A program made the position numbers and the translations under genes. A DNA stretch of 64,000 nt from a virus: positions 16,961 through 80,960 of IMG/VR virus record IMGVR_UViG_3300045988_080038. The stretch is one strand, 5' to 3'. The notes beneath the pieces are model-generated. The model made no database searches. It was given only the letters and a program-made list of their open reading frames with translations, and was not told where the DNA came from. Positions 44,228-51,433 of the stretch are shown here, piece by piece; within the stretch, counting starts at the first letter, position 1; every line of letters begins with the position of its first letter.

Positions 44228-44453
44228 TTTCGTATCCCCTTTCCTGTGCGTTACAGTACACCAGAAGGTGCTCTGCGATTTCCTGAAGCTGAACCGGGTC
44301 GTATTTCGGAATTGCAACCAATTTACCTTCAAGCATCGGGGATAGTGGTGCGAATACCGGTGCGTCCGTAACAATCGTTGCTTTTATCAACATAGCTGCT
44401 ACGTCAACTGGCTCTGACGGTAACAGCTCATAGATTTCTTTTGTTTCATTCAT
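44190..44453 (-). CDS. Hypothetical protein
   Basis: ORF track. Confidence 0.4.
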   Translation of the reverse strand: MNETKEIYELLPSEPVDVAAMLIKATIVTDAPVFAPLSPMLEGKLVAIPKYDPVQLQEIAEHLLVYCNAQERGYENVCCEDCKSESV

Positions 44454-44878
44454 GCTTCTTCTACCTCCCCGAAATATTCTCTATACAATTCATATCCATT
44501 TTTTCCCATTATGGCCCTAACATTATCTTCCCGCTCTGTCCGAAGATCGTTATATGTAATAATTATTTTTACGATCTGCATACGAAATTCGCCAACATCT
44601 TCTATTGCTTCATCTTTTATCTCGGTCTCTTCATCGGCAGAAAACCATCTCCCATGCGGTGACAAAAAATAGGCTCTGCGCTTTGATACGTTAAACGTGA
44701 CTTCCTGTAAAGATGTATAATCAACAAATGCTTTTTTTGAAGCGGATGTATCATATAACTTTCCATCTTCCAGAACAGTTCTTATATGGTGATATACATA
44801 TGTTCTATAATGGTCCAAAGGCTTTTCTCCCGGTCCTTCAGAAGACCTTTTTTGTTTTTTTAAAAATTTTTCAAGCAT
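44450..44878 (-). CDS. Hypothetical protein
   Basis: ORF track; 4-nt overlap with the next gene. Confidence 0.45.
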   Translation of the reverse strand: MLEKFLKKQKRSSEGPGEKPLDHYRTYVYHHIRTVLEDGKLYDTSASKKAFVDYTSLQEVTFNVSKRRAYFLSPHGRWFSADEETEIKDEAIEDVGEFRMQIVKIIITYNDLRTEREDNVRAIMGKNGYELYREYFGEVEEA

Positions 44879-44888
44879 CGTCTTTTAC

Positions 44889-45038
44889 CTACCTTTTCCA
44901 AAAATACTGTGTCAAGGCTTCACGGGTAATCTGTGACACACTTTTGCCGGTTCGGTTCTTTTCGGCTATAAGTCTTTGCTCCAGTTGGTACGGCAACCGG
45001 ATACGAATGGATTCGCCTTGTGGATTATTCTTTTTCAT
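44889..45038 (-). CDS. Ribbon-helix-helix (Arc/CopG-like) protein, 49 aa
   Basis: MKKNNPQGESIRIRLPYQLEQRLIAEKNRTGKSVSQITREALTQYFWKR. Not in the ORF track (<60 aa). Confidence 0.5.
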   Translation of the reverse strand: MKKNNPQGESIRIRLPYQLEQRLIAEKNRTGKSVSQITREALTQYFWKR

Positions 45039-45049
45039 AGGATGTATCC

Positions 45050-45517
45050 TCAACTTACTATTTCCACTGGATAACCTAGCTTTTCTTCAAGCTCAGCTAC
45101 CGTTATTTTACGTGGCTTATTTAATTTGATTTTCACATCTTGAACCGCACCATCTTTGTTTTTAGCAATCCCGCGCCCAGTGTATATATCAGTTTCTTCA
45201 TTAGCGTATACACCGAGATGATTGTATCCATATGTACGGCACCACCTAGCAGCCAAATCAGAAATTTTCATCAATTCTTCCAACTCATTCCCGAATAAAT
45301 GAGAATATAATATAGCTCGATCATACATTTCCTGTGTTACTGCTGACAGCGCAATCACGCTTTTATACGGACTTCCGATAAAACGGAAAAATCTGCATGA
45401 TTCCATTACTTTTTCGCCTTTCGGAAGTGCAAAGCCTTGAGAAATTGCCATCTTAAGAAGCTTCGCTGATTCAACATCGCTTTCTGTGATAACACACTTA
45501 TTTGTAAAGTCTATCAT
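45050..45517 (-). CDS. Hypothetical protein
   Basis: ORF track. Start codon overlaps the resolvase stop. Confidence 0.45.
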   Translation of the reverse strand: MIDFTNKCVITESDVESAKLLKMAISQGFALPKGEKVMESCRFFRFIGSPYKSVIALSAVTQEMYDRAILYSHLFGNELEELMKISDLAARWCRTYGYNHLGVYANEETDIYTGRGIAKNKDGAVQDVKIKLNKPRKITVAELEEKLGYPVEIVS

Positions 45518-46101
45518 TACTGTTCCCCTCCCAACATTTTATATAGTGTTCCTCTTGACACTCCCATGATTTCGGCAAACTGAACTTTGGTAATTTCCCC
45601 AGCCTGCCATCTTTGCTTTGTTTTCTCGAAGAGTTCTTTATCTACCTCTTTTTTTGCTCGTCCTTTATATTTCCCTTGAGCTTTTGCAATCGCAATTCCT
45701 TCTTTCTGTCTCTGACGAATATTTTCACGCTCTCTCTGAGCTACGTATGAAAGAAGCTGCAATACAATATCAGCAATCAGAGTCCCGGTCAAATCTTTGT
45801 TTTGCGTGGTGTTAAGTAATGGCATGTCCTGAACAACGATATCTGCTTCAATCTCTTTTGTAATTTTTCTCCACTCAGCTATAATTTCTTCGTAATTCCT
45901 TCCAAGTCGATCAATGGAATGGATCACCAGTACGTCGCCTTTTTGAAGGGAAGCAATCATCTTCTGGTACTCAGGACGGTTGAAATCCTTGCCGGACTTC
46001 TTATCCATATAAATTTTATCGACGCCTTCTTCTCTCAATGCCTCCATCTGTCTCGCTTCGTTCTGCTCTACTGTCGATACTCTTGCATATCCTATCTTCA
46101 T
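45517..46101 (-). CDS. Small serine recombinase (resolvase/invertase family)
   Basis: MKIGYARVSTVEQNEARQ catalytic N-terminus. C-terminal HTH ITKVQFAEIMGVSRGTLYKML. Confidence 0.85.
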   Translation of the reverse strand: MKIGYARVSTVEQNEARQMEALREEGVDKIYMDKKSGKDFNRPEYQKMIASLQKGDVLVIHSIDRLGRNYEEIIAEWRKITKEIEADIVVQDMPLLNTTQNKDLTGTLIADIVLQLLSYVAQRERENIRQRQKEGIAIAKAQGKYKGRAKKEVDKELFEKTKQRWQAGEITKVQFAEIMGVSRGTLYKMLGGEQ

Positions 46102-46238
46102 ATATACACGCCCCCGTTTCTTTATGGCTTAATTATACACCATAGGGTGTGTTATATCAATAGTAAAATACACGTTTGAGTGAATTTTATTTGATTTTTA
46201 TAACATTTGCGTTTATTATGTAGTTAGGAGGTGTTACT

Positions 46239-46472
46239 ATGGTATCTCAAAAAGTTAAGCAAATCATGAAGCTGAAGAAAATAACAAACATTCAAGTGGC
46301 TGAGCATCTAGGTACTTCACCACAAGCACTTGCAAACAAGTTTTCCAGAGAAACGCTTTCTGCAAATGAGCTTATAGCAATTCTGGATTTTCTTGGATGC
46401 CAGATTGCCGTTGAAGCAATTCCAGATGTTATTGTGAAATTTAATAGTGCCGATCTCAAAAGGGAACCGTAA
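46239..46472 (+). CDS. XRE-family HTH protein
   Basis: KKITNIQVAEHLGTSPQALANKFSRETLS. AGGAGG RBS. The only plus-strand gene in this stretch. Confidence 0.65.
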   Translation: MVSQKVKQIMKLKKITNIQVAEHLGTSPQALANKFSRETLSANELIAILDFLGCQIAVEAIPDVIVKFNSADLKREP

Positions 46473-46485
46473 TGGTTCTCTTTTT

Positions 46486-47229
46486 TTATGCCCTAACCAG
46501 TCCTTGTCCCTGTAGTAACAGTCGAAATGTTTCCTTGCCTTTTATAGTGATATATGTTTGAACATTTGAATACCCATAAGGCGTTGAAAAATCTTTCATC
46601 TGGAAAAGCCCTGACTTTCGATGCTGTTCGTATGGTTTTATGATATTGTGCCGGTCTCGATAAATATACCCGTTATCTGACAGCCATTTCGTAAGCGTCT
46701 TGGGTGGCATGTGAAATTCTTTCGCAGCGTCCCGAAATGTTGTGAGCAGTCTATTGTCTACAAGAGAATCGAAGTACTCCGCTTTGGGCTTCTGCTCCTG
46801 CACTTTCTGTTCAAGTAACTGCTTTTCCTGCTGTTCTTCAATCCATCTTTTAGCTCGCTCTATCGGATCAGCTATCTGGTAAGAATCTTGTTTCTGACCA
46901 ACTTCATACTTTCCGGTTTTACGGATAGAAGGAAGGACTTCTGCTGTTACCCAATGTTTAAATCTTTTTGCAGAATCGAGTTTGCTTGATAGTATAAGTG
47001 AAAACAAACCGCTCTCATTTATCACGATTGTTTCCTGTACTCCGCTGTTTGAAGGGAGGCTGCATTTCAGGGCGTCCTCTTTATCGACATGATTAGCAAT
47101 GGCGTTTCGTTCTTTTACGTATCCTAATGCTTTTGCTACATCGTTTCCAACGAACCAAGGATTTCCGTCTATCGTCACTGTTCTTACGTTTCCAAATTCT
47201 GGATTGCTAAAAATCATCATTTCATTCAT
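46486..47229 (-). CDS. Antirepressor (Bro-N + KilAC domain), second copy
   Basis: FSNPEFGNVRTVTIDGNPWFVGNDVAKALGY Bro-N motif. C-terminal TFRDAAKEFHMPPKTLTKWLSDNGYIY (KilAC-like). Confidence 0.75.
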   Translation of the reverse strand: MNEMMIFSNPEFGNVRTVTIDGNPWFVGNDVAKALGYVKERNAIANHVDKEDALKCSLPSNSGVQETIVINESGLFSLILSSKLDSAKRFKHWVTAEVLPSIRKTGKYEVGQKQDSYQIADPIERAKRWIEEQQEKQLLEQKVQEQKPKAEYFDSLVDNRLLTTFRDAAKEFHMPPKTLTKWLSDNGYIYRDRHNIIKPYEQHRKSGLFQMKDFSTPYGYSNVQTYITIKGKETFRLLLQGQGLVRA

Positions 47230-47597
47230 TCTTCATACCTGCCTTTCTTGGTATTGCCTTATTTTGTGTTGGCAGAGAAACCGTTAAGGCTTACGGCTTG
47301 TCGTGTTGCAATCACTATCTCTGCCATGTGAAAAGGGCCTTTTTGTTATTTTATTTGCTTTGGGGGCTCACCCGGCTCCTGGTGGCTTTCCCTCCAAGGG
47401 GGTCCCCGTCTCATCCGTACGCTATCCGGTCAGCCCGCCGCCCCATGGGACCCGCTGCACCGGATCACACTGTTGTTGTTCGGCCTTCGGCAGTAGTCAG
47501 AGGAAGTTGATGCCGCTTTTCGTTCGTCATATTGCACAAATTTTCTCGTGCTGTTCATTGTACATTTTAAGTACACCCTATTTATACATTACGGTAA

Positions 47598-47645
47598 ACA
47601 ATATATTGTGTTTTTGCCTTGCTTGATACAATATATTGTGTTTTT
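47598..47645. promoter_or_regulatory. Two identical 18-nt sites, each with the 12-bp palindrome ACAATATATTGT
   Basis: ACAATATATTGTGTTTTT at 47598-47615 and 47628-47645 (30-bp period), between the terS stop and the antirepressor leader. Confidence 0.5.
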
Positions 47646-47658
47646 ACTGCTTTTGTGT

Positions 47659-48252
47659 TCACAGCTTCGGCCGTTCCATCTCTGGAAGCTCCAGCGCGTC
47701 CTTGTACCGGTCCGCGATCTGCTGCGCTGACTGCTGCGGGATACCTTGCACATGATCCGCCTGGACCGGTGCTGTCTCTGCCATGCCGTATGCAGCTTTC
47801 GCAACGAAGATCAGGTTTGCATTTGTTCCGGGTTGGTTATGCAGTCTATTAAGCGTGCAGTTTTTGCAAATATCGAACCATTTTTTCACCGTGTTGCTAT
47901 GTGCTGTGGCGGTTCTATAGTCCCCGCGCATCCAATCGCTAAACGTTGAGCGGTTAATCCCTACCAGAAAACTAAATACTTCCAGAGTCGGTAAAACATG
48001 ATACTTACTGCACAGCCTTACAAACACACTAAACATATGATCTAATAATTCTATATCATCGTTACTGGGTTTCTGTATGTGATCAGCAATATAAAATATC
48101 ATATCAACAAAACTATCAGCTACTTCTTTTCTGTAATTCTCACTATCAGGTGATACACATAACACTGTGTTAATATATTCATCAGCATATATATTAATAT
48201 TACTCAAGTATACTTCTGTTTCCTTCTCTGTCTTGATAGTATTATCTTTCAC
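47659..48252 (-). CDS. terS: Terminase small subunit (tentative)
   Basis: VGINRSTFSDWMRGDY HTH-like segment and NANLIFVAKAAYGM motif, as seen in Firmicute phage TerS. 9 kb away from terL. Confidence 0.5.
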   Translation of the reverse strand: MKDNTIKTEKETEVYLSNINIYADEYINTVLCVSPDSENYRKEVADSFVDMIFYIADHIQKPSNDDIELLDHMFSVFVRLCSKYHVLPTLEVFSFLVGINRSTFSDWMRGDYRTATAHSNTVKKWFDICKNCTLNRLHNQPGTNANLIFVAKAAYGMAETAPVQADHVQGIPQQSAQQIADRYKDALELPEMERPKL

Positions 48253-48296
48253 TGTATCACCTCACTTTACAACGTTAATCTGTTAATTTAGTAAAA

Positions 48297-48400
48297 TAAA
48301 AAGGACGATACCAAACCGGTTAGCAATCGAAGAACACGCCCAGCAGCTACGATCAGCGCCGGAAGTTCCGTAAATGCTTTTCAGTTTTTATCGTCCTTTG
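48297..48400 (-). promoter_or_regulatory. Large stem-closed structured element ending in a T-run, 45 nt upstream of terS
   Basis: 11-bp closing stem AAAGGACGATA/TATCGTCCTTT around about 78 nt (internal palindromes CGGAACTTCCG, AACCGGTT), followed on the minus strand by TTTTTATTTT. Confidence 0.4.
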
Positions 48401-48891
48401 TTTAAAAATCGTAAATGTATTTGTTTATCTGCCATTTACAATAGCACATGTAAGTCATTAATGCAAGCATAAATTTATTTTTATTGCTCAATGCATAATA
48501 AAAGACCTATTGATAAAATAATCCATTACAACTCAATATACAACGTTATAGAGCTATATATATTATAATATAGTGTATCTAAGTATATATTAATAAACTC
48601 AGAATCTAGGAGGGGCTTAAAAGATGTTATAATACGGTACTGTATAGAATTAATTAATAGAGGATTGTATATATAATATAATTATAGGGCGTTTTGGCAC
48701 AGAAAAAGCCAGGCTTCCGGCGTCTGATCCGGTTACCTGGCTGAATGATTTTTTATTGATTTTCGATTGGCTCGCCCCTCCTGAGTTCCTCGTTAATGAC
48801 ACGATAGCACATTTTACAAAAACCTGTCAAGCCAAAAGCAAAAAATATTTTTCTTGACAAAACAAACATTTGTGTGCTATGAATAATTTAA

Positions 48892-48980
48892 CAGACTTCG
48901 GCGGCGGGTCTGTTCTCCCCTCGTTAGCCGCCACAAAAAAGAGTTTAAGCCCCTGGAGATTATCCAAGGGCTTTTTTTTC
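48892..48980 (+). ncRNA. Candidate small RNA (about 90 nt) with own promoter and terminator
   Basis: TTGACA (48854-59), 18 nt, TGcTATGAA (48875-83). Alternative stems ACAGAC/GTCTGT and GGCGGC/GCCGCC. Terminator AAGCCCCTGG...CCAAGGGCTT + T8 (48947-48979). Confidence 0.35.
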
Positions 48981-48981
48981 T

Positions 48982-49157
48982 TTCCACAATGGGGCTATTA
49001 TTAATCATTAACATTCTAACTTTACATTCAGGCAAAAACGCCTGTTCCACAATGTGACTATTAATGTTTTGCTAACTTAATAACTAATGATCCAATTTTA
49101 CATTCGTCATAAAAATGACGTTATAGTTATAATAATATAATCATTGTCAGCTGTCAA
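48982..49157 (-). ncRNA. Candidate RNA of about 170 nt with two hairpin+handle repeat units, own promoter
   Basis: Minus strand TTGACA (49157-52), 17 nt, TATTAT (49134-29). Then CGTCAT-TTTT-ATGACG + AATGTAAAAT...CATTGTGGAA, then CAGGC-GTTTTT-GCCTG + AATGTAAAGT...CATTGTGGAA. Ends at the shared hairpin at 48947-73. Confidence 0.35.
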
Positions 49158-49160
49158 TAA

Positions 49161-49853
49161 TCACATTAAAAACACCGGGTTTCCGCAGCTGTCAATTTCG
49201 GTCGTGACTTCTTGCCCTGCATCAAGATACGCCGTTTTTACATCTTCGAAAATTCGCCGTTCTCTGTCCACCGTATATTTTTTGTGAAGTGTGTAAACAG
49301 TGCCGGAGATTTCCGGAAGTACCGGTGCATAAGCTGGCAAATCCAACACCACTTTTTTCGGCGGCAAAATGTCAACAACTTCGATCTTATCAATTATCAA
49401 CAAATCCTCATGTCGGCCCAGGTTTGGAAACCGTCTCGGATACTTCAGCATTTTATAAATTATGTCAACTTCCTTTTCGTTTTTTGGCTGAACGTGTAAA
49501 CGCAAATTCAAATCTGCGACAAAATCAACTAAAACCGGCGTATTAACCCAGCCTGTGAACCCCGGGCCGTTTTTCACTCGGACGGGAAAACGCTTTTTAA
49601 ATTCTTCCGTTTCTGATCCGGCATAAGCTCCACCCTTCCAGCGTTTTGTAAACTCCTGTTCGTTCATCGTTCCGCTTCCGGCTATTGATATGTTCATGTC
49701 GTGCCAGCTACTCCACCGGCACAAAAAATGGACCATCCCGGCAACTGTAGAAAAAGGCGGCAGTGGGTACGTATATACCCTTTTCCCGGCGTGCGAAAAA
49801 GGCGTTGCGAAAACGCCCTTTTCCATGTATCCCTCTATTAGCACTGTATTCAT
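49161..49853 (-). CDS. Cas5-like RAMP protein (solitary)
   Basis: GVFATPFSHAGKRVYTYPLPPFSTVAGMVHFLC (Cas5 N-terminal PPPST-G type motif), WKGGAYAGSE, NLGRHEDLLIID, GTVYTLHKKYTV. Start MNTV is ATGA-coupled to the upstream ORF. Confidence 0.45.
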   Translation of the reverse strand: MNTVLIEGYMEKGVFATPFSHAGKRVYTYPLPPFSTVAGMVHFLCRWSSWHDMNISIAGSGTMNEQEFTKRWKGGAYAGSETEEFKKRFPVRVKNGPGFTGWVNTPVLVDFVADLNLRLHVQPKNEKEVDIIYKMLKYPRRFPNLGRHEDLLIIDKIEVVDILPPKKVVLDLPAYAPVLPEISGTVYTLHKKYTVDRERRIFEDVKTAYLDAGQEVTTEIDSCGNPVFLM

Positions 49854-50047
49854 GGCTCTTCGGCCTCGCATCTGAAGCCGAAAAGGATATCTTCGTAAAG
49901 CTGATCGGGAATTTCCTCTTCCATCAGTGGCTTTCGGTTTTCGGTTCTAAGCTCTTCGTCAAGACTTGCGTCGATATCTCTGAGAGCCTTTTCCCTACTG
50001 AAGCCCATTTTTACAACTTCGTTTAAAAGATTGATTGTTTTTTTCAT
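49850..50047 (-). CDS. Small acidic protein (65 aa)
   Basis: MKKTINLLNEVVKMGFSREK...EEEIPDQLYEDILFGFRCEAEEP. AAGGAAAA RBS. Within ORF 49850..50194. Confidence 0.45.
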   Translation of the reverse strand: MKKTINLLNEVVKMGFSREKALRDIDASLDEELRTENRKPLMEEEIPDQLYEDILFGFRCEAEEP

Positions 50048-50080
50048 GTCTTTTTCCTTTCTTTGTGGTATAATATTATT

Positions 50081-50190
50081 GTCACTTGCGGAGGATGTTC
50101 CGTAAGCGGAGCGGCCAACAATCCCGGTCGCCGAGGGTTGAAACAATAATTTTAAGTGTAAAGAGCTGGTTTCCGGCTCTTTATTCTTTC
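50081..50190 (+). ncRNA. Candidate antisense small RNA with CRISPR-repeat-like hairpin-GTTGAAAC element
   Basis: Extended -10 TGgTATAAT (50066-74). Stems CTTGCGGA/TCCGTAAG and CCCGG..CCGAGGG, then TTGAAAC (50138-44). Terminator AAGAGCTGG-ttt-CCGGCTCTT + TTATTCTTT (50161-89). Confidence 0.35.
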
Positions 50191-50474
50191 GCATTTTTCC
50201 CGTCCCCGTAACATTTATAAAAAGTTTCTACCAGCTCCGCCAGTTCCTGCGGCGTAAGCTTTTCTTTTAAGCTGTCCGGGATACGGCTGTAGTTGGCCGC
50301 AAAAGTATCACGACACTTTCCAATCTTGCAGGCTTTTTTGACCTGCTCGAGCTTGTACATTTCTCCAAGCTCTTCTACGGTGATTCCACCGTTTTTAACT
50401 TCTTCCCGTCCTTCTTTTGTCAAGATGGACATTGCTTCTTTCTTGCTAACAACTCCGATTCCGTTGATTCTCAT
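50181..50474 (-). CDS. Hypothetical protein (97 aa)
   Basis: ORF track. Confidence 0.5.
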   Translation of the reverse strand: MRINGIGVVSKKEAMSILTKEGREEVKNGGITVEELGEMYKLEQVKKACKIGKCRDTFAANYSRIPDSLKEKLTPQELAELVETFYKCYGDGKNAKE

Positions 50475-50492
50475 TTCTTTCCCCTCCTTGTT

Positions 50493-50765
50493 CTATTCTT
50501 CAAATCCTGGATACGGCTTGAAAGTTTCAGCCCATTGTGCCTCGTCTTCTTCCGTCCACTCCGGCTCCTCTTCCGGCTCAACCTCGTAGGAACATCCGGC
50601 AGCGTCCTCAAAGATGTTATCTTCGTATTCGGTCATCCACTGACCGTCTACAAGGCAATCATATCCGGTTGCGTGGATGAATCCAACGCCGTCCTCGAAA
50701 CGATCGAACGGCATGTTTTTAAGTTGTACCCTTCTTGTAGCTTTTCCAGCCTCTGTATTTTTCAT
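50493..50765 (-). CDS. Small highly acidic protein (90 aa)
   Basis: ORF track. C-terminal half EVEPEEEPEWTEEDEAQWAETF. Confidence 0.5.
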   Translation of the reverse strand: MKNTEAGKATRRVQLKNMPFDRFEDGVGFIHATGYDCLVDGQWMTEYEDNIFEDAAGCSYEVEPEEEPEWTEEDEAQWAETFKPYPGFEE

Positions 50766-50938
50766 TTCACCCCTCCTGATCCGCCCCGCTGAGGGCTGTT
50801 TGCTTGGTTTTTATTCACTTACAGTTATTTGCTATTTTCACATCATAAATCATAACAATAATGTTTTCCGTATTTTTCAAAATAAAATTTTTCCAAGTTT
50901 GCCATATTATAACCACTTCCTTTCTATGGTTACAGTAT

Positions 50939-51358
50939 AGTCTATTTTCGTGTATTTGTCAATAGTCTATTTCCATGTATTTTATTTATTTTTTATACTC
51001 CATGATATCAGACGGTTGACAGTTCAATAATTTGCATAATGTGCAGATGACTTCACAAGTTACATTTTCGTTTTTAGTCAGCTTTGCTACTGTATTAGAA
51101 TGTAATCCGTTGTTTTTTAACCACTGTTTATTAAGTTCTTTCTTTTTTAATACGTTCCATAGCTTTGAAAAATCAATATAACCATTCTTTCCATAATCGG
51201 CCATTGTTTTTCACCTCCTTATTTATAAATATATGATAATAGATTTTTGGCATTAAGTCAATGTCTATTTTTATGTACTATTTGCACAAAAATAAGCTGT
51301 GTTATATGGTCTATTTTCGTGTATCTTGTGTATTTACTTTTAGTCTATTATCGTGTAT
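50939..51358 (+). repeat. Five direct copies of a 17-bp motif (A/G)GTCTATTTTCGTGTAT flanking the HTH gene
   Basis: Copies at 50939-55, 50964-80, 51262-78, 51308-24 and 51342-58, each with 0-4 mismatches to the consensus. Confidence 0.6.
50986..51204 (-). CDS. XRE/Cro-type HTH regulator (72 aa)
   Basis: LKKKELNKQWLKNNGLHSNTVAKLTKNENVTCEVICTLCKLLNCQPSDIMEY (HTH_26-like). Confidence 0.7.
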   Translation of the reverse strand: MADYGKNGYIDFSKLWNVLKKKELNKQWLKNNGLHSNTVAKLTKNENVTCEVICTLCKLLNCQPSDIMEYKK

Positions 51359-51433
51359 TATATAACCATCAAAGGAAAACAAAAAAACATTCACCCCCGG
51401 ACGCTGATCCGGGAGAAAGAGAGGAAAAAGGAT

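Noticed and set aside
47298-47626. Two overlapping plus-strand ORFs (70 and 107 aa) in the GC-rich tract
   Set aside because: They have no RBS, overlap each other, and are Pro/Gly/Cys-rich. The sequence reads better as structured non-coding DNA.
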